Shown: piece by piece, positions 51,141 to 62,568 of the stretch
Layout: the number at the start of each line of letters is the position of its first letter
Numbering within the stretch: the stretch's first letter is position 1
Assembly: GCA_963790415.1 (NCBI GenBank)
Contig: CAWBOK010000008.1
Span: forward strand, 7,125-71,124
Source: an uncultured Actinomycetota bacterium
Lineage (GTDB): Bacteria > Actinomycetota > Thermoleophilia > RBG-16-64-13
Reading direction: 5' to 3'
DNA: 64,000 bases
Made by a program: the position numbers and the translations under genes
Notes under the pieces: model-generated
What the model was told of the DNA's origin: nothing
The model's database searches: none
Seen by the model: only the letters and a program-made list of their open reading frames with translations

Positions 51141-54134
51141 CTATTCGTACCGCAGCGCCTCGGCCGGGTACACCCGCGCCGCCTGGCGGGCGGGTAGGAA
51201 GGTTGTCACCAGCGACGCCACGTATGCCACCACGACCACCACGAGCAGCTGCTTCCAGGGCACGGTGAACTGAAGGCCTTCGACCTCCTCCTTCATGGAG
51301 GAGATGATGCCCGGAGCCACCCCGAAGCCGAGCGCCACCCCCATCCCGATGCCGAGCAGGGCCACGAACGACGACTCGAGCAGGAACGCGCTCTGCACCA
51401 TCCCCTTCTGGAAACCGATGGCGCGCAATACGCCGATCTCCTTGCGTCGCTCCACCACGGCCCGGGCGGCGACGACGCCCAACGACGCGATGCCCACCAC
51501 CAGCCCCAGGGCCATGAAACCCTGGAGCAGCGTGTTGATCATGATGGTCGCCTGAGCATTCTTCCGTATCTCCGCGGCCAATGACTCGGCCTGCATCCCG
51601 TTGACCAGGAAGCGCTTCTCGAGTGCCGTGCTCACCGCGACCGCATCCGAGCCGTTCTTGAGCGTGAGGAACTGCATGATCGGAGGCACGGGCTGCGGTG
51701 CGTACAGGTCGGCCAGGGTGGCGTTGGACGTCATGAGTTGGCCCGCGTAGAACGCGGTGGAGGAGAGGACTCCTATCACGCGCAGGCGACGCGGTGTGCC
51801 GCCCGACGGGTCGCTGATCTCTACGGCTACGTCGGGGAGGGTCCCGTCCTGCAGGTAGAAGCCCTGGAGCTGGAAGGGTGGTGCCGGAGCGCCCATGCTG
51901 TAGTTGGCCCGGGAGGGTACCAAGGCGGACGAGATCACCACGGTGTTCGGGTCGGACTGGAGGGTCTGCCACACCTGCCGATCGGAGGTGAACTCAGGGG
52001 CTTTAAGGGCGAAATCGTAGGTGATTGTCTTCGCATAGTCGGCGTCGATGCCTTGGGCCAGCAGGCGCGCGGGCTCGGCGGTGCTCTGTGCGTCCCGCGC
52101 TTCCACCATCGCTCCTGTCACGGTGCCCACCGACGTGATGGCCGCCAGGGGTGCGACAGCCGGGTCGGTCGGTGCGGCGGCCAATGCTTCGGAGACGGCA
52201 GTCTGCAGATCGGCCACCGGATTGGTGTAGCTCGACGAGGCCCGCACATCGAAGCCGCCGGCCAGCTTCACGGTGTCGCCGTAGATGCCGCCGATACCGG
52301 CGATGATGAACGACATGCAGACCAACGTGAACACCACCAAGGAGAACATCGCCAGCGTCATCCCGGTACGGAAGCGGTTCTGCATCGGGTAGGCCACGGC
52401 CGTCTTCAAGATGGGCGGCAGCGACCGGAAGCGCCCGAGCACGGCTACCGTGACGCGCACCAGCAGATCGGAGTTGAACACCACCACCCACACCGCGGCG
52501 ATCACCAACATGATGCCCGAAAGGAAGAACATCTCGATGCCCGCGCTCATGTCGGGAAACAGCTTGTCGGTGACGCTCGAAGGCAGGAGCCAGAGGACGA
52601 TCAGGGCTATCCCTGCCGCCGTGAACGCCGCCCGGTCGGGTGCCCCCAGTCGTCGGGCCAGCAGCGCCAGTCCGATGATGCACAACGAGAGGCCCAGCAA
52701 AAAGGCGCCGGCCTGACCCCCCTGCAACCCTGCAACGGAGGCGAGCACCCCGATGACCAGCAGGAGCACGATCTGGACGATCACCCGCCGTCCGCGCCTG
52801 CGGACTTTGGGTTCGGGCAGGTCGCGCACCGCCCGTACGATGTTCAAGCGGCTCACCCGCCAAGAAGACACGAGCACCACCACGAAGGTGAACACCACGC
52901 CCAAGGTGTAGGCGATCACCACGCTCCGCCAGCTGAACATGAAGCTGAGTTGCAGGTCGACACTGCCGAACGCCACCGCCATGATGCGCACCATGCCCCA
53001 ACCGACGGCCACGCCCAGGAGACTCCCCACCGCCGACGCCACGAGGGCGTAGAGCCCGCCTTCCATGGCGAACAGGCGGATGACGTGACCCCGCTGTGCC
53101 CCCACAGCGCGCGCCATGCCGAGTTCGTGTTTCCTCTCCGCGGCCAACATCACGAAGATCAGGAAGATCAGCAGGATGCCGGCGGCGATGGAGAACTGCG
53201 CGAAGAGTAGGAAGATGCCACTGAATGCTGTGCCTATGCCATCAGCGGCTGTGAGCGCCTCCTGTTTGACCGGCGTCGTCTCCAGACCCGTGCCTTCGAG
53301 TGCGGGTTTGAGCGCGGCGACTACCGCGTCCGAGTGGGTCGCGCCCGTGATGGTGTCGCCCGTGTTCTCCACCACTATGGCGTTCACGCTGCCGGCGGTG
53401 CCGGTCAGCTCTTGCAACCGAGAGAGGGGCATCACCAGCGAGGCGGCCGTTGCAGGGTACGCGCCCGCAGCGTAGATGCCCGCTATCCGCGCGTCGGTCG
53501 GCTGTTGTCCGAGGAAGATCTGGACGGTGTCCCCCGACGCGACCTCCAGCCGCTTCGCGGTCTCGGCACTCAGATAGACCTGGTCGCCGCCAAGCGAGGC
53601 GAGGTCCAACGCCGCGCCGCGTGCGTCGGTGAGGGGGCCGAAGGCGGTGACATACTCGGGCGGGAGTCCCAGGACATCCACCGAGGGCTCGCTCAGACCC
53701 GGCCCGGGAGCAAGCATGGGAGCGGTTTCCTTTGCCACCGCCACCGCTCCCGCGACTCCGTCGACCTTCTTCAGTTCGCCGGTGATACTCCCGGCTAGGC
53801 TGTCGGTGAAGTAGGGCAGGCGGCCGGCTGCGTCCCGGTCGGTCCCCTGCACGATCTCGTCCACGGGACCGATCTCGCGGAGCATAGCCATGCGCAGGGA
53901 GTGGGTCATGGTGTCGCCGGTCGAGAAGGAGGCCGAGAAGAGCAACGTGGCCAGCATGAGCCCAACGACGATGAGGCTCGATTGCGCGGGACGACGGGGT
54001 ATGTTTCGCACGGCCATCTTTAGTATCACAGGGTCCCGCAGCGCGACCACCGCCATGGCGGCGATTGTCAGGCCGAAAAGGATAAGAAGGGCGTACATGA
54101 CCGTGTCGATCGGCAACCCGAAGAGCTTTTCCAT
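51141..54134 (-). CDS. Large duplicated FtsX-like ABC permease
   Basis: Two FtsX modules: ERKHELGMARAVG and ERRKEIGVLRAIG. Ends PARQAARVYPAEALRYE. Confidence 0.88.
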   Translation of the reverse strand: MEKLFGLPIDTVMYALLILFGLTIAAMAVVALRDPVILKMAVRNIPRRPAQSSLIVVGLMLATLLFSASFSTGDTMTHSLRMAMLREIGPVDEIVQGTDRDAAGRLPYFTDSLAGSITGELKKVDGVAGAVAVAKETAPMLAPGPGLSEPSVDVLGLPPEYVTAFGPLTDARGAALDLASLGGDQVYLSAETAKRLEVASGDTVQIFLGQQPTDARIAGIYAAGAYPATAASLVMPLSRLQELTGTAGSVNAIVVENTGDTITGATHSDAVVAALKPALEGTGLETTPVKQEALTAADGIGTAFSGIFLLFAQFSIAAGILLIFLIFVMLAAERKHELGMARAVGAQRGHVIRLFAMEGGLYALVASAVGSLLGVAVGWGMVRIMAVAFGSVDLQLSFMFSWRSVVIAYTLGVVFTFVVVLVSSWRVSRLNIVRAVRDLPEPKVRRRGRRVIVQIVLLLVIGVLASVAGLQGGQAGAFLLGLSLCIIGLALLARRLGAPDRAAFTAAGIALIVLWLLPSSVTDKLFPDMSAGIEMFFLSGIMLVIAAVWVVVFNSDLLVRVTVAVLGRFRSLPPILKTAVAYPMQNRFRTGMTLAMFSLVVFTLVCMSFIIAGIGGIYGDTVKLAGGFDVRASSSYTNPVADLQTAVSEALAAAPTDPAVAPLAAITSVGTVTGAMVEARDAQSTAEPARLLAQGIDADYAKTITYDFALKAPEFTSDRQVWQTLQSDPNTVVISSALVPSRANYSMGAPAPPFQLQGFYLQDGTLPDVAVEISDPSGGTPRRLRVIGVLSSTAFYAGQLMTSNATLADLYAPQPVPPIMQFLTLKNGSDAVAVSTALEKRFLVNGMQAESLAAEIRKNAQATIMINTLLQGFMALGLVVGIASLGVVAARAVVERRKEIGVLRAIGFQKGMVQSAFLLESSFVALLGIGMGVALGFGVAPGIISSMKEEVEGLQFTVPWKQLLVVVVVAYVASLVTTFLPARQAARVYPAEALRYE

Positions 54135-54143
54135 GGCCGATCC

Positions 54144-54872
54144 CTAACCTTCGGCGTGAACTACAGGCGCGTCCAGGCCGTCGCTCTCCACCAGACCCGA
54201 ACGCATGCGTATCGTGCGATCGGCCCGAGCGGCCACCGCCGAATCGTGAGTTACCAGCACGAACGTCTGGCGCTTGTCCTTGTTCAACCGGCATAGGAGA
54301 TCCATGATCTCGGCCGAGGTCTCGCTGTCCAGGCTGCCGGTGGGTTCGTCGGCCCATATCAGGGCGGGCTCGTTCACGAGCGCTCGGGCGATGCTGACGC
54401 GTTGCTGCTGCCCGCCTGAGAGTTCCGCCGGGCGCTTGTTGTCTTCGCCTGCCAATCCCACCGATTCGAGCACTTCGCGCGCGCGGGTCCGTGCCGCCCC
54501 GGCTTTGACTCCCGCCACCAGCAGCGGCAACTCGATGTTCTCGGCAACGCTCAATACGGGCAGAAGGTTGAAGAACTGGAACACGAAGCCCATCCGCTCA
54601 GCGCGATAGCGCGTGCGCTCCCGGTCCGACATGCGGTGCAGGGCCGCGCCTTCCACCAGTACTTCTCCCGAAGTGAGGTCGTCCAGCCCGGAGAGGGTGT
54701 TGAGCAGGGTGGTCTTTCCGCATCCGGAAGGACCCATGATCGCGACCATCTCGCCGCGGGAGATGCGCACGTCGACGCCCCTCAGCGCGTGCACTTTGAC
54801 CGATCCGGTGTCGTATTCCTTGTGCACCGCGGTCGCCTCGATGATCGCACCGTCAGTGACAACACCGTCCAT
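54144..54872 (-). CDS. LolD/MacB-type ABC ATPase
   Basis: [39 protein letters not shown]. Confidence 0.92.
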   Translation of the reverse strand: MDGVVTDGAIIEATAVHKEYDTGSVKVHALRGVDVRISRGEMVAIMGPSGCGKTTLLNTLSGLDDLTSGEVLVEGAALHRMSDRERTRYRAERMGFVFQFFNLLPVLSVAENIELPLLVAGVKAGAARTRAREVLESVGLAGEDNKRPAELSGGQQQRVSIARALVNEPALIWADEPTGSLDSETSAEIMDLLCRLNKDKRQTFVLVTHDSAVAARADRTIRMRSGLVESDGLDAPVVHAEG

Positions 54873-54907
54873 GCGTCTCATACCTCCGCTGTGCGTGCGC
54901 CGCCGAC

Positions 54908-55273
54908 CTAATGCATGCGAGGGTTGTGCCCTGCGCCGTGTATCCAGTCTACGTCGTGAGGTTCCTGTACGTCCAGCGAGAATGTGGCCGGTCCATCGAA
55001 GGTTATCTCCACTATCCAGCTGCCGTTGTCGCCGTTGACCTCCCAGTGCACATCGGCCGGCAGGGCGAGCAACACCGTCTGGCCCTCGCTGTTCCTCCAG
55101 GCGAGAAGCGACGAGCCATCCGGCACCGGCTCGAGGTCGAGGAGTTGCGTCTCGTCGACAGGTCCTACATCCATCGTTACGACACCCACGTGCATATCTC
55201 CGATCGGTGGCGGTGGGCTCAGGCGGTGGCCGTCGCGGGCTGACACTGGACGGGCTGAGCTGCCGCCGGTCAC
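54908..55273 (-). CDS. Hypothetical protein (start uncertain)
   Basis: Protein-like acidic composition ([20 protein letters not shown]). Co-oriented upstream of the ABC ATPase. Confidence 0.4.
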   Translation of the reverse strand: MTGGSSARPVSARDGHRLSPPPPIGDMHVGVVTMDVGPVDETQLLDLEPVPDGSSLLAWRNSEGQTVLLALPADVHWEVNGDNGSWIVEITFDGPATFSLDVQEPHDVDWIHGAGHNPRMH

Positions 55274-55449
55274 CGAGAGTGTATGTCGCCGCCGGGCTGC
55301 TAGTCAACTCCGGACGCTCCGACCGATGGCCTCGTGCGTGGAGTTCAGCGGTACGGGGTACTGATGCTTACACGTTCGTGTCGGCGGCGCCCTCGGAAGC
55401 CGACCGGCGCAGAAACCAACCCGACGACTTCTAGTTGAGGAGGACGCAC

Positions 55450-55896
55450 ATGATCCCGAAGAAGATCCTCGTTGCCACCGACGGCTCGCTGTCCGCGCGC
55501 GGGGCCGAAACCTTCGCGGCCGGTCTTGCGGACATGATGACCGAATGCGAGTTGACCGTCGCGACGGTGCTGACTCCCCGCGGTGCCTACTCCAAGGGCG
55601 GGGCGATCATGACCTCCACCGACGCCGAGATCGAAGAGGCTGAAGCGGTGGTCGCGGAGGCCGCCAAGCGTATCTCCGGGGCCATCAGCAACGTCAAGGT
55701 AACGGTGAAACCGGTGGTGATCGAAGCCGTTTCGACAGCCCTGGGATTGATCGACGAGGCACACGCCGACGAAACCTGCAGCCTGATCATCATGGGCAGC
55801 AGGGGGCACGGGGGCTTCGCCAGCCTGGTGATGGGCTCGGTGAGCACCCAGGTGCTCCATGGGGCGCACTGCCCCGTGTTGATCGTCAAGGAGTAG
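55450..55896 (+). CDS. Universal stress protein (UspA family)
   Basis: KILVATDGS and IIMGSRGHGGFASLVMGSVSTQVLHGAHCPVLIV. Confidence 0.93.
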   Translation: MIPKKILVATDGSLSARGAETFAAGLADMMTECELTVATVLTPRGAYSKGGAIMTSTDAEIEEAEAVVAEAAKRISGAISNVKVTVKPVVIEAVSTALGLIDEAHADETCSLIIMGSRGHGGFASLVMGSVSTQVLHGAHCPVLIVKE

Positions 55897-55945
55897 TCGG
55901 GGCGTCAGGGGGCATCGTCCAGGCAGATGTAGAGGGAGGACTCAG

Positions 55946-57361
55946 ATGGAACGCATCGCCAGACACCTAGCCGCGATCGCGGTTGCTGTGACCCTAGTCG
56001 TGGTGGTGACCGTCTCAATGGCGTCCGCGGCTCAGTCACCTGAGGAGAGCAGCGGGAAGGTTGTGCCCCAGCCGGGTATCGTTGCGTCCGCGGAGGGGGT
56101 CCGCCTCGATCCGGCCGCCTCGGCCGACATACATTCGCGGCTCTCTTCCGCGATCGGGGCGCCTGCAAACCCACTGGGAGTGAGTGCATTGTCGGCGACC
56201 CCGGTCATCGAAGACAGCATCAGATACTGGACTGACGGGCGGAACCCGGCGACGCTTCTCGACCTCTCGAAACTTACTCTCGCAATAACGGAGTTCGGTC
56301 GGCTATCGATCCTCATCGACTTTAACCCGACGTTCGACAAGACGGGTGTCGGCACCACCGACTCCTTGTGGATACTCCTCGACACCGACAACAACACCCA
56401 GACGGGGTCGGACTTCTACGGAATTCTCGGATACGAGAACGTAATCGTGTTCGAGAACGCCAGTGGCTGGAGAGCCAAGGTCTATAGGACCCCGGCCGGG
56501 GTCCCGTGGACTATCGAGACGTCCTGGACCGCCACGGTCAACGGCAATTCCGTGAGCGCCGAGATACCTTTGAGTTCCTTGCACAACTCCGAAGAGCTGG
56601 TGTTCCTTCTTGCCAGCATCGACGACTCAAGCGGCGTCGTGGACCTCATCCCCGACTCGAGTTTTGGCGTCTACGACGTAGACCCCGCCTGGCTCACCCC
56701 CGTGACGACCACGACGACCCTCGCCACGACCACCACGACGCTGCCGACAACGACGACGACTCTGGCGACCACGACCACGACGCTACCTCCATCGACCACC
56801 ACCACGACCGTGCCGTCTGCGACGTTCACGGACGTTCCGCCATCGCACCCGTACTTCTTGCAGATCAACGACATGGCGTCGCGACATGTGGTCGACGGCT
56901 ACGGGAGCGGGTTGTTCGGTCCCGAGGACTTGGTGTTGAGGCAGCAGTTCGCCAAGATGGTCGTCATCGCGATGGGCTATCCGGTGAGCGAGGCGAACAT
57001 CTGCCTGTTCGCCGACGTGGACAGGCCGCTGGATGACCTCTACCCGGACAACTACATCGCGGTGGCGGCGGCCCGGGGTATCACGGTAGGACTCCTTCCG
57101 GGGTTGTTCGCTCCGTGGAACGACATCAGCCGGGCCCAGCTGATCACCATGGTTGCCCGAGCCGCGGAGTTGGCGGATCCGCCCGCCGGGTATGTCCCTC
57201 CGTTCGCCAACTTCTCGAACACGCATTACCCGTGGGCTCGCAAGGCCGCCTACGCCGGTCTTCTCAGCGGCCTGCAGGGCATGGGAGCCGGCTATGACTT
57301 CTGGTCACCGGCCACGCGGGGAGAGGTCTGTGTGGTGCTCTACAACCTCGTGAATCGGTAA
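55946..57361 (+). CDS. Secreted protein with beta-rich domain, Thr-rich linker and C-terminal SLH domains
   Basis: Signal peptide, LDTDNNTQTG loop, TTTTTL repeats, FTDVPPSHPY...LRQQFAKM...ISRAQL...ATRGE. Confidence 0.8.
   Translation: MERIARHLAAIAVAVTLVVVVTVSMASAAQSPEESSGKVVPQPGIVASAEGVRLDPAASADIHSRLSSAIGAPANPLGVSALSATPVIEDSIRYWTDGRNPATLLDLSKLTLAITEFGRLSILIDFNPTFDKTGVGTTDSLWILLDTDNNTQTGSDFYGILGYENVIVFENASGWRAKVYRTPAGVPWTIETSWTATVNGNSVSAEIPLSSLHNSEELVFLLASIDDSSGVVDLIPDSSFGVYDVDPAWLTPVTTTTTLATTTTTLPTTTTTLATTTTTLPPSTTTTTVPSATFTDVPPSHPYFLQINDMASRHVVDGYGSGLFGPEDLVLRQQFAKMVVIAMGYPVSEANICLFADVDRPLDDLYPDNYIAVAAARGITVGLLPGLFAPWNDISRAQLITMVARAAELADPPAGYVPPFANFSNTHYPWARKAAYAGLLSGLQGMGAGYDFWSPATRGEVCVVLYNLVNR
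56704..56809 (+). repeat. 21-bp degenerate tandem repeat encoding the (TTTTTL[A/P])n linker
   Basis: ACGACCACGACGACCCTCGCC-like units repeated about 4-5 times. Confidence 0.7.
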
Positions 57362-57438
57362 GGGGGCACCGTTCGGGGCACGTGGGGTGTGGCAGCTTCC
57401 GCCGTTCCTCTGCCGCCCACGTGCCCTGCGGAGGAAGA

Positions 57439-58626
57439 CTAGTAGACCGGCTGGCGTTCCTTGCTGATCGGAGGATGAGTGAACAGGCCCGCGCGGCGGT
57501 CCAGAACCAGCGGCAGCGTCCCCGTCCAACCCGTGCGGGCGTTCGTCCGGACTTCGAGATCCACGTGCCCGAAGACATCGTTCGCGGAAGCTGAGACCGA
57601 CACCAAGGCCAGTGTGGTCTGGGCCGGGAGTCTCTCCAGGCCACAGGTGGACCGATCGGGTGGGGACATGGCGAGCAGACCGGGTACGGAACTCGCGGCC
57701 AGAGCGTCGTCCAGGCGCGAGAGTAGGTGCACGAGCGGACGAGCCCGGGTGAGGAGCAGCAGGCGCTCCAGGTCGTCGACCAGGAGCAGCGGGATTCTTC
57801 CGCGCCGCTCTTTTGCCTCCTGGGCCCTCAGCCGGACGTCCTCGATGAAGGCTCCCAGGGTGTCGGTGTAGGCCGGAATGGTCTCGACCAGAGACAGAAA
57901 CGGCAGCACGGAGGCCTGGAGAGTCAGGTCCAGGCGGGTGAGCGTTTCGAGGTCGTCCGGACCCAGCGTGCGGGCGCGGAGTGCGCTGAGCGGGATTGCG
58001 GGGCCTCCCACGATACTTCCGAGCGTGCTGATCATGCGCTCCCAGGCACCCACGCTCCCTTCTTTCAAGGCGTAGTAGAGGACCGGACGCTCCGACGAGA
58101 CGGCCTCCCAAGCCACCGACTCAAGGAAGGCGGTCTTTCCGATCCCGGACCGTCCTGCTACCAGATGTAGCCCGGAGCCGAACCCCCCGGCTAGACGAGG
58201 ATCCAGATTGGCCAGCCCCGAGGGAGCAAGTTCGGGAGAGCGGGCGGCTTGCCGCAGGAACCGCCGCAAGAACACGCTCGGCTCTGTTGTTGGGGGTCCC
58301 CGCTCACCCGCCGTCGCGAAGGCGCTGCCAGCGGGGGCGACTTGGGGGCGAGGAGAGGGCCGTTCCGTGGCATGAAACAGCGCCGCCAGCCCTTCGTGCA
58401 TCGAGGCGCGAGTGGTGCCGTGCGTACGCCTGCTATTCGGGGGCGACTTCTGTTGGAGAGGCCCCTCTTCTGGGATCGGCTCGGGGGGGAATGCCTCAAC
58501 GGGGCTCCCAGGTGCCTCTTCGGCGAGGGCGGCCGAGAGGAGCTCGTCAAGGTAGCCGTCCAGCTCACGCTCCATGTTGGAGCGTCCGTCCTCGATAGGG
58601 CTCTCATCAGTCATGGTCGTCTTCAA
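57439..58626 (-). CDS. DnaB-like C-terminal (RecA-fold) ATPase domain protein with a disordered N-terminus
   Basis: PSGLANLDPRLAGGFGSGLHLVAGRSGIGKT and LLLVDDL. Lacks the DnaB N-terminal domain. Confidence 0.65.
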   Translation of the reverse strand: MKTTMTDESPIEDGRSNMERELDGYLDELLSAALAEEAPGSPVEAFPPEPIPEEGPLQQKSPPNSRRTHGTTRASMHEGLAALFHATERPSPRPQVAPAGSAFATAGERGPPTTEPSVFLRRFLRQAARSPELAPSGLANLDPRLAGGFGSGLHLVAGRSGIGKTAFLESVAWEAVSSERPVLYYALKEGSVGAWERMISTLGSIVGGPAIPLSALRARTLGPDDLETLTRLDLTLQASVLPFLSLVETIPAYTDTLGAFIEDVRLRAQEAKERRGRIPLLLVDDLERLLLLTRARPLVHLLSRLDDALAASSVPGLLAMSPPDRSTCGLERLPAQTTLALVSVSASANDVFGHVDLEVRTNARTGWTGTLPLVLDRRAGLFTHPPISKERQPVY

Positions 58627-58945
58627 TCATACTCCTGCCGATATTCGACATCGGGCCGCCGGCTCCTCGGCGCCCGTTGCGGGAATGCGAGCCGGCAGAC
58701 TTCTTGGATGGCGGCCCAAGAAGCGGCGGACCGAATCGATCCTCAGCGGGTAGTGGACACTACGCTCACCTACGTCCCCTCCAGCAAGGACCTCGATCTC
58801 CTGCTCGCGCAGTGCAAGGGCCACACAAGGTCGGGGCCACCTCGAGTCGCTGGCGGCCTGTCTCGCTGCCGAGGTCGAGTCCCGGGCCGAGCATCGGCTC
58901 TCTGCGGGGATCAAGGCCGCCCGCTTCCCGGCTGACGCGATCCCC

Positions 58946-61686
58946 CTACCGTGCGAGGAGACGGAGCACGGCTTCCGGTGTCATCGGCAGTCGATGCACC
59001 CGGGCACCCACGGCATCGGCTACGGCGTTGGCCACTGCGGCCGCCGGTAGCGACGCAGGGGGCTCACCGACGCCTTTGACCCCGAAGGGCCCCGTGCTCG
59101 AGGGGCACTCCACGATGATGGGCTCGATGGGGGGCATGTCCACCGCGGTCAGCAGTTTGTAGTCGAGCAGGTTGGGGTTGAGCACTCGGCCTTCGCTCAT
59201 GAGCACTTCCTCCATCAGTCCGAACCCGAGGGCCATCGCCACGCCACCCTCTATCTGACCTTCCACCGCCAAGGGGTTGATGGCTCGGCCCACGTCGTGG
59301 GCGGCGGCCAGCTTGAGAACGGTCACTTTGCCCGTGTCCCGGTCCACTCGGATTCGCGCGGCGTGGGCGCTGAAGCTCGGCGCCAGGAAGGCCGGGTATG
59401 TGAGCCCTTCGGCCAGAGACGGATCGAATGGGGGGAACTCGGCCAGGTAGGTTGACTGCCCGATGATGGGCCCGCCGATCTCCCGCCGGCCGATCTCGGC
59501 CAATTCGGCCAGAGTGAACGACGGTTCGGTGCCGCCCCGCACCCATACCGCGCCCTGGTCGAGGTAGAGGTCGTCGACGCTGAGCTGCAGCAGTGCCGCC
59601 GCCCTGGCGAGGATCTGCCGCTTGGCATCTTCGGCAGCCATCTGGCAGACACGCCCGACGCTGTAGGTCATGCGGCTGCCGCCGTCGCCGTGGTCGTACG
59701 GCGAGGAGTCGGTGTCGCATTCCGACAGGATGACCTGGTCGACGTTGATGCCCATCTCCTCGGCGACCATCTGGGGTATGGCCGAGAATTTGGCGCCGCC
59801 CCCGATGTCGACCGCCCCCGTGACGAGCGTCACCGTTCCATCGCCGTTGATGACGAGCTGAGCCGAGGTGGCCCATCCGCCGCTGGTCCACCAACTACAG
59901 GCGAGGCCGTAGCCCTCGTCGTCGTCTTTAGGTTCTCCCCAGCCTATCGCCGTCGCGGCTCTTTCCAGGCATTCGCGGACGCTCACCGCTTCGAGCTTCT
60001 GGCCGACGCCGGCGACGTCACCTTCGCGAACGAGGTTGTGCAGGCGGAATTCCAGCGGGTCCCATCCCATCTCCTTGGCGATCATGTCCAGGTGGGATTC
60101 CGATGCGAACACCGCCTGGGGGCCGCCGGGACCGCGGCAGGATCCGGAGCTGGCTTTGTTTGTGTAGACGCAGGAGCCGTGCAGGTCCTGGTGCTCGGCG
60201 CGGTAGGGCCCGGAGAGAAGGAACAGAGCTAAGCCGACGGCCGTGGGCCCGTTGCCCGAGTATGCGCCGGTATCGAGGAGTACTTCGGCCCGTCGGCAGA
60301 CGATGGTCATGTCGGCGGCCACGCCGGTGGTGAGGGTGAACCTCGAGGCATGGCGGGGGTTGGCTCCGACGAACTCCTCCGCGCGGCTCATGACCATCTT
60401 CACGGGACGGCGGGTCTTCAGTGCTAGGAGGGCGCAATACGGCTCCAGCCCCATCTCGAGTTTGCCGCCGAACCCACCTCCGATATGCAGGCCTATGACG
60501 CGGATCTTGGTCATCGGCTTGCCCAACGCCTGCGACATGTAGTGGCGCACGGCGAACGGCTTCTGGTTCGTGGTCCAGATGGTGACCTTGCCCGACGCAT
60601 CGGCCTCGGCCAGGGACGCGTGCGGCTCGATGTAGCTCTGGTGGACGATCTGCGTCTCGAACGTGTGCGTGAATACCCGGTCGGCTTGGGAGAGCGCTGC
60701 GTCCACGTCGCCGTAGCGGATGCGACTCTCGGAGCAGACGTTGCCGTGACGGATGGCGGGCCAGCCGGCTTCGTACTCGAGCAGGCGCTCGTGGACGAGG
60801 GCGGCCCCCGGCGCCAGGGCGTCGTCCAGCCCGTACACCGGGGGGAGGGCATCGTACGAGATCTGCACGAGCGCCGCGGCGCTCGCGGCAAGTTCCGGAG
60901 TCTCGGCCGCCACGAGTGCTACCGGTTCGCCGATCCAGCGCACTTTGTCGCGGGCCAGTACCCGCTGATCGTAGAGATCGACGCCGTAGTAACCGTCCGG
61001 TACCTCGGCCCCGGTCACGACCGCCGCCACACCCGATAGCGCGAGGGCGGGCCCCGCGTCGATGCCCAGCGATGCGTGCGTGCGCCCTCGTGCTGCGCAC
61101 GACGGCGCCCCAGAGTTGGTGCGGTCGGGAGACGTCGGCGCCATACAGTGCCTTGCCGGTTGCTTTCTCCAGACCGTCCAGACGACGCGTGTTCACGCCT
61201 AGCCCACAGTCCGCGAGTTCGCACCTGCGCCCATCGGCGACCGCTTGGATCGCCTGGACTATCTTGGCGTAACCCGTGCAGCGGCAGAGGTTGCCCGCGA
61301 TGGCTTGGCGGATCTCGGGTTCGCTCGGATGTGGCGTCGTGTCGAGCAGCGCCTTGGCCGACATGAGGAGTCCCGGCGTGCAGAAACCGCACTGGATAGC
61401 GCCGTAGTCGATGAAGGCCTCCTGCAACGGATGCAGGCCCTCATCGTGTGCGAGGCCCTCGACGGTCGTGACGGCGCGTCCTTCCACTTCAGCGACCAAG
61501 GTGAGGCAGGCGTTGCGCGGCTCGCCGTCGACGAGGACCACGCAGGCCCCGCATTCGCCGTCGCCGCAGCCCTCCTTCGTGCCCGTCAGTCCCAGCCGTT
61601 CGCGTAGGCAGAAGAGCAGCGTCTCGGTGGGTTCGGCGTAGAATGCCCGCGCGGCCACCGTTCACCATCAACTCCATCCGCATCAT
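58946..61686 (-). CDS. Xanthine-dehydrogenase-family molybdo-hydroxylase, [2Fe-2S] and Mo-cofactor subunits fused, frameshifts near 61655 and 61075
   Basis: GTKEGCGDGECGAC, QCGFCTPG and NLCRCTGY read through into RLDGLEKATG. Also GGGFGGK, CRGPG, QIEGG, KGVGEPP. Confidence 0.88.
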
Positions 61687-62567
61687 CGTTCCGGACCCCT
61701 TTCGTCCCGCGCGACGGCACGTCGCCAGGCCTCGGCGGTCACGTCTCGAACCAGGACCCGGACCATCGTGCGACGATAGTCCGCCGAGGCTCGGATGTCC
61801 GTGATGGGGCACGCGGCGGCATCGGCCAGGTCGGCCAGGTCGGCCAGCAGGACGTCGTCGAGCACCCTGCCGTGAGCCAGTTCGCACGTGCCGCCCACGA
61901 CGATCGGCGTGGGCGCGACGGCTCCGAGCGCGATCACGAGCCGCCTGCAGACTCCGTCCTCCAACTCCACCAAAGCCGAGGCACTGGCAAGCGCGATGTC
62001 CACGGCCGCACGCCGACTGATCTTGCGAAAGGCCGAGCCCGAGGCGCGGCGAGCGCACGGCGTGATCATGATCCCGCGCAGGAGCTCTCCCTCGTGCAAG
62101 ACGGTCTGCCCAGGTCCGGTGAAGAAATCCCGCAATGGGATGTCTCGGGTGCCGTGTTGATCTTGCAGCACGAGTCCGGCCTCGTAGAGGAGCAGGGGAG
62201 AGGCGGTGTCGGCGGAGGGCGCGGCGGTACACAGGTTGCCCCCCACGGTAGCCGCCATCCGAACAGGAGCGGATCCGACCGAGCCGCCGGCCTCGGCCAG
62301 CGCCATGAATCGCCTCTGGATCTCCGGGCTCGCGGCGAGCTGGGCGTGCGTGGTCATGGCGCCGATGAACACCCGGCCGTCGGGCAGCCGATCGAGTATC
62401 CGCAACTCCTCGACGTCGCGCAGAGAAACCAGGAGAGCGGCGCCCTCCCTCTGCGGGTTGCCCGGCACGAGGAGGTCGGTGCCTCCCGCCAGATAGACGG
62501 CGCCCGGTCGGCCGCCGGCCGCCAGTGCCTGCCCGAGATCGGACGGTCGGATGTAGTCGGTGCTCAT
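61683..62567 (-). CDS. FAD-binding (CoxM/XdhB-type) subunit
   Basis: LAGGTDL, IGAMTT, ATVGGNLCTAAPSAD, DFFTGPG, PITDIRASADYR. Confidence 0.9.
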   Translation of the reverse strand: MSTDYIRPSDLGQALAAGGRPGAVYLAGGTDLLVPGNPQREGAALLVSLRDVEELRILDRLPDGRVFIGAMTTHAQLAASPEIQRRFMALAEAGGSVGSAPVRMAATVGGNLCTAAPSADTASPLLLYEAGLVLQDQHGTRDIPLRDFFTGPGQTVLHEGELLRGIMITPCARRASGSAFRKISRRAAVDIALASASALVELEDGVCRRLVIALGAVAPTPIVVGGTCELAHGRVLDDVLLADLADLADAAACPITDIRASADYRRTMVRVLVRDVTAEAWRRAVARDERGPER

Positions 62568-62568
62568 G

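Noticed and set aside
58700-58840. Protein-like stretch DRIDPQRVVDTTLTYVPSSKDLDLLLAQCKG on the + strand
   Set aside because: Possibly a gene remnant, but it has no start or RBS and I cannot assign a family.
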